From: a virus
UHGV virus genome: UHGV-1372088
Length of the DNA: 64,000 bases
Strand: one strand, 5' to 3'
The notes under the pieces were generated by a model. It searched no databases, was not told the origin of the DNA, and worked only from the letters and a program-made list of their open reading frames with translations. Shown one piece after another: positions 19,001-29,100 of this stretch (position 1 is the stretch's first letter; each line of letters starts with the position of its first letter). A program made the position numbers and the translations under genes.

Positions 19001-20672
19001 GCGTAAGCAGAGGGAACTTCAGAAAGAGGCTGATGGCTACAACAAGACGCTGAACTCTTCTGAGCAGATGATCTCCATGATGGAGACGGGCTCTAAGAGA
19101 ACCGTTTCGTTTGCCCAGAACGTCGAGAAGACGTCCGTGTCGCTTGAGAAGCTGGCTAACTCTTCCCCTACCGAGCTCATCACGCAGGAGATGATCGACA
19201 AGGCGAAAGAGTATCTGGAGACAATGAAGACGCTGTCTCCTGACTATCTGAAGCGACTGGAGAAGAAGGCCGCCAAGAAAGATTTGGACGATGTCGCGCC
19301 AAATGCAGCCGGTATCATTAGTTCCGGGCTTGATGGTTCGCAATCCAGAGACGAGCAGGTTGAGGCGTTCAGGACCAAGTATGACGAAAGTCTGAACGCG
19401 CTTGAGAGCCGTCGCAAGCAGTACATGAGTCAGTTGAAAGACGACCCAAGTATGCAGGTTTACGTTGAAGAGTCGACCAAGCGGATCAATCAGCTGATTA
19501 AATCTGGCAACGTCGCGCTCATCAAAGAAACCGGCACCGCCACGCAGAAGCTGGCGCTGGAGTATGGCGATCTGGCTACGCAGATTGAAAGCGTTTGGGC
19601 GGATACCTTCTCTGGTTTGACCGACACGCTGACCGAGTTCTTCTCGACGGGCAAGGCGAGCTTCAGTGACTTCGCCTCGTCGATTATGAAGGACATCACC
19701 AAAATGATCGTGAAGAGCCAGATCACACTGCCTCTCATGAACATGTTGGGGATGGGCTCGGGACAGACGGCCATGCAGCAGACGGGCCAAGGCAATCTGA
19801 TGTCGTCCCTTGCTAACCAGGGCGTCTCTCTGTTTTCTGGCGCAGCAACGAATGGCGGCGGCACCAACGTTGTTAATGGCGACGGTAACGTGGCCACCAA
19901 CAGCAAAACGGCCTCGCAGTCCGTTGGTAAGTTAGGCTCGACAACCGCATCGACGACGGAGGGTGTGAGCTCTCTTGGGACGGCGGTGGTCGGAGTCGGC
20001 GGTGCGTTAAGCAATGTGAGCACGGCGGTAGGTTCCCAGACCAAGGCGATCATGTCGAACATCTTCAGCATGAAGGGGCTACAGACCGCCTCCAATGCGC
20101 TGATGTTCACCTTCGCCGCAATGTCAGCCAGTTCCTCGTCCAAAACGAGCAAGTGGTTGGGCTTCGCGGGTACGGTAGCTTCTGGGGTCGCCTCGATATA
20201 TGCCGGTGGTGGATTCAGTGGCGGCGGTTCTGGTGAATCTCCTGGCGGCGGAACGGCGATTCAGAATGCCGGGGCAAACTATAAATTCGCCAAGGGCGGG
20301 ATTATGGGGCCGGATGGTGCTCTGCCGCTGCACAAGTATGCCAAGGGCGGGATTGCAACGTCGCCTCAGCTGGCGCTTTTCGGCGAGGGCTCTCATAACG
20401 AGGCATATGTCCCGCTGCCGGACGGCCGGTCCATTCCTGTCACGATGTCCGCCGAAAAGACAGCTGGTCTTGGCGCTGGTGCTGGTGTGGTGGCCCCTGT
20501 TTCCATCTCCATCAACGTTCAGGCTGACGGTGTCTCTTCTGCAAGCGGCGCTGACTCGACCCAGGGGTGGAAGGATGCAGCTGAGAAGATGAAGGCGATC
20601 GCGCTCGACACCATCCGTCAGGAGAAGCGACCTGGCGGATCGCTTAACGCAAACACTACGGGCAACCGTTAA
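16047..20672 (+). CDS. tail tape measure protein
   Basis: 1541 aa, coiled-coil rich, Gly-rich (GGS)n tract. C-terminal AKGGIMGPDG...YAKGGIATSPQLALFGEG motif. Positioned before the M/L/K/I/J homologues. Confidence 0.85.
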   Translation: MSDNIVDFKLILNDKEFEVSAKNAGKLLKQLSVDAGLASKKISNLDVSVNSLTRNIKIFTVAVGKAASELQDLGVGAELAGNALRDIRTHIAAISRSLTVFNDRVGKTTTALKGMASELRKVQSELSDFSDYANHAGKSTRDLTANVDDLNKKASTTNRRLNNTTKALAGWKDSGDKAKDALKEIISQMDTLIDRQKELKGLGRADVGGPGRGGSGGSGGRGGSGGGRHHSSSFGGVRGTIFALGEVGDAARNVRDMLFGWQAPIIEAAAEMQKMQMLLQGINKDAADPFAAAAKDMDYIIATAKSAPFAIGELTGSFVKFKSAGLDPTNGSWKTLIDSVARFGGSSETLDRAAVAIQQMAGKGVISMEELRQQLGEAVPTAMKAMADGMGVTVAELTKQISTGTVNAQEGLRLMFVGMDAMNRGAAKSMMVTYIGALAQMKTAFIQFSKTVGDSGYLEAMSKSLNEITALMNSTDGRMFAASLGQNLATAITSLTSMARWLVQNRELIINLGAAIAAFVGFRLLRSGILEVISVGSQMVSVLGKSVTGLQAPFNLLSASVTRFSRASRLGLGTIPALLFSIRGGLTAVKVAFASLSAFIVSNPIGAALLAISTAVGVIVWAMGKLRDKTAQTVEELKKMPEAMTQIQRTQILLDVKKRNAEIERDENLLQSIKSGKLSADALPADIATGRQLTVKDVENRVKTNKAINGDYTGLVTKSDEIKAKETASGVTKAVFEDIEKRLNVGMAKFAAGQMRENEAKRIALDADKSLSKEEKDKRRDEINRSEANAQADLYKKAADEMEARVKSVATQVKNLDEALSKPGLSEDQRKILTAQKYGYASNYEESKQQLDDMRNKEKDTRNSRHGIPDASGEYSSASGAKADHQVYVARVKNDFKNGATSIIGEDGQIAKDVLGNDIEGINQFRANETIISKYGSNVTGEQRKKAEEALTAAILRDTQIRTKAAETASKKEESANNKAQKAAERKQRELQKEADGYNKTLNSSEQMISMMETGSKRTVSFAQNVEKTSVSLEKLANSSPTELITQEMIDKAKEYLETMKTLSPDYLKRLEKKAAKKDLDDVAPNAAGIISSGLDGSQSRDEQVEAFRTKYDESLNALESRRKQYMSQLKDDPSMQVYVEESTKRINQLIKSGNVALIKETGTATQKLALEYGDLATQIESVWADTFSGLTDTLTEFFSTGKASFSDFASSIMKDITKMIVKSQITLPLMNMLGMGSGQTAMQQTGQGNLMSSLANQGVSLFSGAATNGGGTNVVNGDGNVATNSKTASQSVGKLGSTTASTTEGVSSLGTAVVGVGGALSNVSTAVGSQTKAIMSNIFSMKGLQTASNALMFTFAAMSASSSSKTSKWLGFAGTVASGVASIYAGGGFSGGGSGESPGGGTAIQNAGANYKFAKGGIMGPDGALPLHKYAKGGIATSPQLALFGEGSHNEAYVPLPDGRSIPVTMSAEKTAGLGAGAGVVAPVSISINVQADGVSSASGADSTQGWKDAAEKMKAIALDTIRQEKRPGGSLNANTTGNR

Positions 20673-20720
20673 CAACCAAAGTGCCGCAGAGATGCGGCAC
20701 ACAACTCAAGGATGAGGAAA

Positions 20721-21056
20721 ATGGCCAGAGAAACATTTGGGTGGAACCCTGATTCGCAATCGAAAAAGACCATAAAGCCGAACGTGACCGTACTGAAGTT
20801 CGGTGACGACTATGAGCAACGCCAGACCATTGGTCTCAACCGCGTGAAGGAAGAGTGGAGCCTGACGTTCCAAAGGCAGCGATCGGAAGTTGAGAAAATG
20901 GACGTTTTCCTGACGAAGAGAGCTGGCGTGGAATCGTTCTACTGGAAGACGCCGCGCAACCAGACAATCATTGTGGTTTGCGACACCCACGATGTTGAGT
21001 ACGACAGAGGGGCGGCGAAGTTGACCTGCACATTCAGACAGGTTTTTGAGTCTTGA
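20721..21056 (+). CDS. M: minor tail protein M (lambda gpM-like)
   Basis: FGDDYEQRQ and SFYWKTP match the lambda M motifs FGDGYSQR and SFLWTPP. ~110 aa. Confidence 0.7.
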   Translation: MARETFGWNPDSQSKKTIKPNVTVLKFGDDYEQRQTIGLNRVKEEWSLTFQRQRSEVEKMDVFLTKRAGVESFYWKTPRNQTIIVVCDTHDVEYDRGAAKLTCTFRQVFES

Positions 21057-21113
21057 TATGTATGTGCTTACATATTAACATGGATCAAATTAAGGCTTAA
21101 CTCACGGAAGATT

Positions 21114-21815
21114 ATGGGAATCAAAAAGGAAATACAAAGCCTGTCACCTTCGTCGGTGATAGAGCTTTTCATTTTGGATATGTCCGTTACCACCTCTGGC
21201 GGTAAGCGGTATTTCCACGCAGGTACGAACGAGATCCGCGACAGCATCGTCTGGCAGGGCGTGGTTTACGAGCCCTGGCCACTCAAAGCGACCGGGTTCG
21301 ATATCTCCGGGCAGGGCACTCTGCCTTCACCGAAAATGTCCATCGCGAACTTTGGCGGAAGCATTTCAGCTGAAGTCCAGGCTAACGATGATTTGGTCGG
21401 CTGTACCGTCATTCGTAAACGCACACTGGCTCGCTTCCTCGATGCGGTCAACTTCTCAAGTGGCGTCAATCCAACCGCCGATCCATCTCAGTTCTTCCCG
21501 GACGAAAGCTGGTTCGTCGAGCAAAAGACGCTGGAGACTTTCGAGGTCGTCGAGTTCGAGCTGTCCAGCGTATTCGAACTGATGGGCGTGAAGCTGCCGT
21601 ATCGCCAGATCATCAAGAACACCTGCCCGTGGAAATATCGCGGCACAGAGTGTGGTTACACGGGTCCGTACTTCGACAAAGACGATAAGCAGACCTCCAT
21701 TTCTGGATCTGACTACTGCACTAAACGTCTCGACTCCTGCCGCGCCCGTAAAAACTACTTTGCGAACGGCATTATCCACTTCGGCGGTTTTCCGGGGGCC
21801 ACTCGTGTCTCTTGA
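21114..21815 (+). CDS. L: minor tail protein L (lambda gpL-like)
   Basis: ARFLDAVNF and CPWKYRGTECGYTGP match lambda L (ARFLDAVNF, CTWTYRGDECGYSGP), including the Cys cluster. Confidence 0.8.
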   Translation: MGIKKEIQSLSPSSVIELFILDMSVTTSGGKRYFHAGTNEIRDSIVWQGVVYEPWPLKATGFDISGQGTLPSPKMSIANFGGSISAEVQANDDLVGCTVIRKRTLARFLDAVNFSSGVNPTADPSQFFPDESWFVEQKTLETFEVVEFELSSVFELMGVKLPYRQIIKNTCPWKYRGTECGYTGPYFDKDDKQTSISGSDYCTKRLDSCRARKNYFANGIIHFGGFPGATRVS

Positions 21816-22608
21816 TAGCAAGTTCATCATTGGTGAGGCGCTATCTGGCGCCTTTATGTCCTGTGCTGCCAAAAACTACCCGAATGAAGCGTGTGGCTTT
21901 GTCGTTTCTGGCGCGGGTGGGAAGTATCTCTTCGTTGAAGCCAGAAACACGTCAGAAGACCCACAGGAGCGTTTCGTTATGCACCCTGACGACGTTATGG
22001 CTGCGGAGGATAAAGGGGATGTGGTGGCTGTGTGGCACTCTCACACTGACCAACCCGCGACACCATCAGAAGCGGATCTGGCTGGCTGCGAAGCGACGCA
22101 GCTGCCCTGGGTTATTACCGCCATTCACAAAAACTACGACGACAGCATTGATGTCGATTTCGTCTTTTCAAGTCCCGTCGTTTTCCATCCCACAGGATTC
22201 GAGATGCCTTACACCGGCCGCATTTATGCGTTCGGCGTTTTCGACTGCTGGACCCTGTGTCGCGACTATCTTGGCCGCGAATTTGGAATCAGTCTGAACC
22301 TCCACGAAAAGTTTCGCATCCCCAACTGGAGCGAAGGCGATGTGGACATTCTCGGCGACAACTTCGCTGGTGAAGGTCTGGTTCGCCTGGCGAATGGTGA
22401 GGAACCTCAGAAGGGCGACATCTTCTTCATGCAGTACGGAAAGATGCCGGATCACTGCGCCGTCTACATCGGTGACGACCAAATTCTCCATCACCACAAG
22501 GACCGTCTCAGCTGCCGAGCCGTCTTTGGTGGGATGTACAAAAAGCATGTGACGCACCACCTGCGCCACCGGAATCTACTTTCAGGGAAAGAGAAATGTC
22601 TGAATTAG
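21805..22608 (+). CDS. K: tail assembly protein K (lambda gpK-like; MPN/JAMM + NlpC/P60)
   Basis: ACGFVVSG, the JAMM motif HSHTDQPATPSEAD, and a Cys/His NlpC-like part. GTG start at 21805 overlaps the end of L (the ORF-track start at 21652 is an upstream artefact). Confidence 0.7.
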   Translation: MSLDSKFIIGEALSGAFMSCAAKNYPNEACGFVVSGAGGKYLFVEARNTSEDPQERFVMHPDDVMAAEDKGDVVAVWHSHTDQPATPSEADLAGCEATQLPWVITAIHKNYDDSIDVDFVFSSPVVFHPTGFEMPYTGRIYAFGVFDCWTLCRDYLGREFGISLNLHEKFRIPNWSEGDVDILGDNFAGEGLVRLANGEEPQKGDIFFMQYGKMPDHCAVYIGDDQILHHHKDRLSCRAVFGGMYKKHVTHHLRHRNLLSGKEKCLN

Positions 22609-23183
22609 TTCACGTTCAATTGGGCGGTGCGCTGGCGACCAACTTCGGTCGCCATTGGCATTTAAACGTCCGAAACGCCAAACAAGCCTTTGATTTGATC
22701 GACGCCAATAAGCCTGGGTTTAAGGCGTGGATTCGCAAACACGCGAAGTCGATTAGCAAGTACCACATCCAGATTACAAACAAGCAGGGCCACAAGTATT
22801 CAATGGATGAAACCGAGTTTCAGATGATGGGTGAAAGCGACAACATCGCCAAAATCCGCATCACGCCAGTTCCGCATGGTAGTGGCGGGAAGGGCTTTGC
22901 GTGGTTTGAAACCGTTGTTGGGGCTGCACTTTTGGTTGCCTCGATTTTCATTCCAGCGCTGGCCCCTTTAGGCATAGCTCTCCTGATGGCCGGCGTCCAG
23001 GGGCTTCTCTCCCCACAAGCGAAGAAAGCACAGGGGCCGGCTAACAACTCTGATGCGACCTACTTTGACGGCCCACAAAACACGACGAATCAGGGCAACC
23101 CGGTTCAGCTTAATTACGGTGAAGAAATTCTCGTCGGATCTCAGACCGTGTCCTCATCAATCACCATTGAACAGACCGCATAA
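22596..23183 (+). CDS. I: tail assembly protein I (lambda gpI-like)
   Basis: 195 aa with a hydrophobic segment AALLVASIFIPALAPLGIALLMAG. Positioned between K and J. Confidence 0.6.
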   Translation: MSELVHVQLGGALATNFGRHWHLNVRNAKQAFDLIDANKPGFKAWIRKHAKSISKYHIQITNKQGHKYSMDETEFQMMGESDNIAKIRITPVPHGSGGKGFAWFETVVGAALLVASIFIPALAPLGIALLMAGVQGLLSPQAKKAQGPANNSDATYFDGPQNTTNQGNPVQLNYGEEILVGSQTVSSSITIEQTA

Positions 23184-23191
23184 GGGCGTAC

Positions 23192-26100
23192 ATGGAACAG
23201 TTCAAAAAAAGAAAACTGCCTGAAATTATCGCAGGTGCTGGCGGCAAGAAGTCGTCCGGCTCGTCAAGGACACCGGTAGAGGCGGACGACACCGTTAACT
23301 CGAATGTCAAAGTATCCATTCTGGACTTGCTGGGTGAGGGCGTTATTGGCGGTCTGAAGGACGGCGCGAAGTCGATCTTCCTTAACGACCTGCCATTGCA
23401 GAACTCTGACGACACTTACAACCACTCAGGCGTAACCTGGTGGTTCCGTGATGGCTCTCAGGACCAGAGCATCATCGAAGGCTTCGACTACACCGAAACG
23501 CCTAAAACCATCGGCTTGCAGGTCAAGAAAACGAGCGCCGTTACGATGGCGGTCGACAGTGACAGCGCTGACCGCTTCCGCGTCATTCTGAAATTCCCAT
23601 CGCTGAAATCTGTCGACAAAAAGACGGGTGACACCAGCGGTACTTCTGTCACGTACAAATTCCAGGTGAGCAGTGCCGGCGGCGCATTTGTTGACGTGGC
23701 GCCAGAGGGCGAGTCCTCCGGGACCGTTACGCTGACCGCGAAGAAGGCCGGCGTTTATTATCGAAGCTACATACTCAACCTGCCGAAGCCGGGCTCTAAG
23801 TATCAGGTTCGTGTTGTTCGTGTTACCGACGACAACAAAGACACGACCTACCTTGCCAACGATATCTATGTGGATACCGTCGGGGAGATCATCAACACCA
23901 ACATGAACTACCCGAACTCTGCGCTGGTCGGCCTTCGCGTCAACTCAGAGCAGTTCGGCTCGTCCATGCCGTCTCGTTCGTACCTGATTAGCGGTATGAA
24001 GATCCGCGTCCCGTCAAACTACGATGAAGTCACCAACGAATACCGAGGGACATGGGACGGTTCGTTCAAACTGATGTCGTCCAGTAACCCGGCATGGATT
24101 CTGTATGACCTCGTGACCAATAAGCGCTATGGTCTGGGTGAGTTCGTCAGAGAGTCAATGTTTGACCTTGGCCAGCTTTATCAGATCGGCCGGTACTGCG
24201 ATGCGCTGGTTGACGACGGCTTTGGTGGCAAAGAGAAACGATTCGCCATCAACACGCAGATCACCACGCTTCAGGACGCCTATCGCTGCGTTCAGGATAT
24301 TGCTGGTGCTTTCCGTGGGATGGTTTATTGGGCCGGCGGCATGGTTCATGTGACGCAGGATAGCCCGTCAGACCCGATCGCCATCTACTCAAACTCCAAC
24401 GTAATTGATGGTCGATTCTCCTACAAAGGCTCTGCCCGTAAGGATCGCCCTTCTGTCGCGCTTATCACCTACAACAACAAAGAAGACAATTACAAGCAGA
24501 ATATTGAGTATGTCGAAGACTTAGAAGCCATTGAGCGCTACGGGATACGCAAGACGGAGTCTGTAGCGTTTGGTTGTACTTCTCGTGGCATGGCTCATCG
24601 TGTGGGCTTGTGGACGCTTTATACAGGGCGTATGGAGTCGGACGTTATCACGTTCCAGACAGGGATGGACTCAGCATTCCTCGTTCCGGGCGACGTCATC
24701 CTGATTCACGACAAGTTCCGCGCCGGCCGTCGTAATTCTGGTCGTGTTGTCGCATCCACCGCAAACAGCATTACACTGGACTCTACGGTCGACATGACCA
24801 AGGCTGGCACCATCACCTTCATTAACGCTGAAGGCCGGATGATTAGCCGCGACATCCTTGAATCTGGCGTAGTGAGCAAAGTCACCTTTAAAGATGCAGT
24901 GAACGAGGCCGACCGCCCGGTTGCTGATGGCATCTGGGTGATTTCTCAAAGCGATCTGAAACCGCTTCAGGCTCGCGTAGTTGGTGTTACCCAGGGTGAA
25001 GACGGCGTTGGTAGCACGATCACCTGTATCCAGAATAACCCGTCCAAATATGCTGCCATTGATGACGGCGCCGTGCTCATCCCGCAAAACACGACCGTCC
25101 TTGATCCGACATTCTCGAAACCCGAGAACCTGAAGATCACTGAAGGAACATACCTGTCCTCTCCGGGCAACCTAAACGTATCGCTGACGGCGACATGGGA
25201 AGGTAAATCCGCAGAGTATTGGGTTAGCTGGCGCCGATCCGATGCCGGTAATGTGTCCAACTGGCAGACGGCCAAAGTTAACGAAGAGCAGTTCGAAGTT
25301 AAGCCGGTCGCGGAGAGCGGCAAATACGACTTCCAGGTGTACGGCGTTTCCGTCTCCGGGCGTAAGACCGAAATCCTCAGCACAACGTATCAGGTTCTGG
25401 GAACCATGACGCCTCCGGGCGCTCCATCGTCTCTGACTGCCGTTGGCGACTACCGCCAGATTATCCTTGGCTGGTCTAACCCGTCGTCCGTCGATTTGGA
25501 TCACATCCAGATTTACGCCTCGAAGACCAACGACGTCACCAAGGCGACTCTGCTGGCTAAATCCACGACCACCAACTTCACCCACAGCGGTCTGGAAGAT
25601 TCGGTAACGTGGTACTACTGGATTCGCTCGGCCAACAAACGCGGCATGACCAGTGACTGGAGCTCGAAGCTCGGTACGTCGGCAATGACGCGCGATGTAT
25701 TGTCGTTCCTGCAAAACAAGATCACCGAATCCGAGCTCGCCAAAGACCTTCTGGCTGATATCGACAGCAAGGCGGTTGCTGCTGAGGTTGATGCTTCCAT
25801 TGAAGACGCGAAGTCCGAAGCTACCGCGCAGGTTGAGGCCGCCAAGAAAGAGGCGTCCAGCGCCTTAAGCGCAGCCCAGGTCACGCTGAACAACGCCATC
25901 AATCAGGAAGCGACTGACCGCAATAATGCTGTTGCTGACGAAGCTAAGCAGCGCTCCCAGGCTATTTCGGCAGAAGCTGATGCGCGTACCAAGGCTATCT
26001 CCGATGAGGCTATCGCTCGCGCTGACGCAATTACAAAAGAGTCCGACACTCGCACGAGGGCAATGGCCGACGAAGTCACCGCCCGAAACAAGGCTGTCGC

Positions 26101-29100
26101 TGACGAAGCCGCCGCCCGGACAAAGGCTGTGTCTGACGAGGCTGTCGCTCGCGCCAAGGCTGTGTCTGATGAGGTGGCGGCCAGAACCAAAGCTGTCGCA
26201 GATGAGGCCACCGCTCGCGCCAAGGCGATATCTGACGAAGCCGCCGCACGCGCTACGGCAATTAGCGATTCGGTGGCGGTTGAGGCTACCGCTCGCGCGA
26301 AGGCTATCGCAGACTCCGCGTCGTCTCTCAGCGACAAAATTGAAAAAGAGGTCACCGATCGCGTCAAGGCTGTTTCCGATCTGGACACCAAAACCGCAAA
26401 CGCGATCTCGTCCGAATCATCAAGCCGCATCGCTGCCATTTCTGATGAGGCAAAGACTCGCGCTGACGCTATTCTTCAGGAGAAGAACAGCCGCCAGGCG
26501 GAAATTAAAAATGTGTCCGCTCAAATGCAGACCGCCAACGAGTCTCTGGCGCAGCAGATTTCACAGGTCGCAGCGGGAACAGGCGAGCAGTTCGACAGTC
26601 TCAAGATCTGGTATTTCGATGCACAGACAACTGAAGGGTGGAGCGGCAACAAGAGCGCTATTCTGTCTGCTGACGGGTGGATTCGCTCAGGCAATGGCGT
26701 GGATGCATGGCTGACATCGCCAGCAGGTCTTGCTATCGCCGGCGCATCCTATCGCTTCATGAAGATGCGTATCCGAAAAGTGGGTAATCCAGTTTGGGAA
26801 GGTGCAATTCGCTGGATCACCAAAAGCGGCGATAGCTTCAACAACACCAATTTCATCACGGTAAGCGAACCGGAGTACAACGCCCAGGGTGTTGCTACGC
26901 TGACGGCAAGCGATATCAAGTGGAATAACGATACCGTTCACCAGATTCGTCTTGATCTTTCCATCTCGACCGATGATTCAAACTACATCGAAGTCGACTG
27001 GATCGCCGTCGGCCGACCAACTCCGGGCGCCGGCATGGCCGCTCTGCAAGATGAGAAGACCGCCCGTACCAACGCTGATGCAGCAGAAGCAGCCAGCCGC
27101 TCAACTCTGGCAACACAGCTGCGTGGCTCTTATGACGGGACTGACATTACAAAGCTGAGCTCTGGCCTCATCTTCCAGGAGCAGCAAGCGCGTGTAACTG
27201 CCGATAAAGTAGAGGCGACCGCACGTCAGTCACTGGAAACCAAAGTGAATGACAGCGTATCGAGTATCAACAAGTCGCTCGATACGCTGAACACGAAAGA
27301 CCAGGCGATGGCGTCAGACATCACCGGCCTTAAATCTTCTTTAGACGACAAAGCTGATGCGTCGGCCGTTCAGACACTCAAGGCGACGGTCGAGCAGCAG
27401 GGCTCGAATATCTCTACTCAGGGACAGTCGATCACCAAGCTTCAAGGCGATCTGAATACCACCAACACCAATGTTGGGAAGAAAGCCGACCAGACGGCCA
27501 TGACCGCGTTACAGGGAACTGTGACCCAGCAGGGCAAGGATATCGCGGCAGCCAACAGCAGCATCTCCACCCTGAAGTCTTCTCTGGACACTACGAACGA
27601 TGCGGTGGCCAAGAAAGCTGATGCGACGGCGGTCAGCGATCTGTCTTCTCGCGTAAGCGCGACAGAAGGTAGCGTGTCCAGTCAGGGCGACAGCATTGTC
27701 CAGCTGAATAACTCACTGAGCAACGCTCTGGCGGACTCTGACGCTTCAGCCAAGACTCCGAACAACCTGATCGTCAACCCATCGTTTGAGCGTGGTATGG
27801 ACGGTTATATTGGCGCATCCAGTCTCAGTACGGTCGTTACTGTTCAGATACCGCATGTCGGCACAAAAGCACTGAAAATTGACCCAGGTAGCTCCGTATC
27901 TCCGGGCCAGTACATCGATTTTGTCAAAGGCCGTACTTATGAGATCGGCGTCTGGGTTAAACAGGTTTCTGGAACAACAGATAATGGGCAGGGCAACAAC
28001 AAGCTGCGAGTGGGTAATAGTGCTGGAGCGCCAGTGTTTGAGGTCCCGTTCGCAAACCTCACCATTGACTGGACGAAAGTTAGCAAACGATGGAAGGCTA
28101 CCGAGACGGGAAGTCTGCCCGTTACGCTGAGCAACTATCTGACCGCCGGCAACCGCTACTTCGATGACTTCTACGTTATCGACGTAACCGACGCCGTGAA
28201 CATCGATGCGAGCGCCTCCGCGATTTCTTCGTTGCAGAGTACCGTCACGCAACAAGGTAAAGACATTTCGTCGCAGTCCACCAGCATCGCTGGCCTGAAC
28301 AACAGCCTGAACACAACCAACGAAAACGTCGCGAAGAAGGCTGATTCCTCTGCGGTCCAGACGTTGCAAAATACTGTGACGCAGCAGGGCAAGGATATCT
28401 CTGCCGCCAATAGCGACATCACCAATCTGAAAGGCAGTCTGGATGCGACAAACGATAAAGTCGCTACCAAGGCTGACGCTTCAGCAATGAGTGATCTGGC
28501 GTCTCGCGTATCCCAGAATGAGAAAGGCATTGCCACGCAATCCGACTCTCTGACCAAATTGAGTAACAAGGTGTCCAGCATTGACGTCGGCGGTGTGAAC
28601 CTCATCACCAACGGCGATATGAGTGCGGCGCCGGTATCTCTGCTTTCCACTACGACCAGCTTTAAATCGTTCGATCGTACCGTGACTGCCGATGTCCGTG
28701 GCATGTCAGTGGTGACGCCTCGCTCAATAACGCTGTCCGTATGGTTTAAAGAGCTGTCCTCTGGGTTCGGGACGACGAAGCCGTTCACCAGTGTTGTGAT
28801 TGGTAAAAGCGCTGCCGGCGATAATTGGGGCGTTCGTTTCTATGCCAGCAACGGAAGTGTGTCGCAGAAAGGGGATATGTTCGTCTGGACCGGTACGATT
28901 AACCTGAAAGCCGGCGACACGCTGTTCAATGACCCGACGACGATCCGCTTCATTCTGGAAGATAAAACCCAGAAGACTGGCGCCATCTTCTACCGCGTTA
29001 AGTTGGAAAACGGCAACATCGCAACCGACTGGTCCGCAAGCCCGGACGAAGTGAAGTCAGGTCTGGATGCCAATGCGTCTGCACTGAATGCACTAACGAC

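Noticed and set aside
20676-20700. Hairpin gtgccgca gaga tgcggcac after the tape measure gene as a terminator
   Set aside because: It has no downstream T-run and lies 12 nt before the SD of the M-like gene. More likely an mRNA structural element than a terminator.
21652-21815. Upstream 51 codons of the ORF-track entry 21652-22608
   Set aside because: This stretch overlaps the 3-prime end of the L-like gene in another frame. The homology to gpK begins near the GTG at 21805, so the extension is an ORF-calling artefact.
25926-26714. 262-aa plus-strand ORF (and several minus-strand ORFs) lying inside the giant J gene in alternative frames
   Set aside because: They fall within the A/E/K-rich 11-residue repeat region. 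Low-complexity repeats keep alternative frames open. The J frame is continuous with clear homology, so these are spurious.
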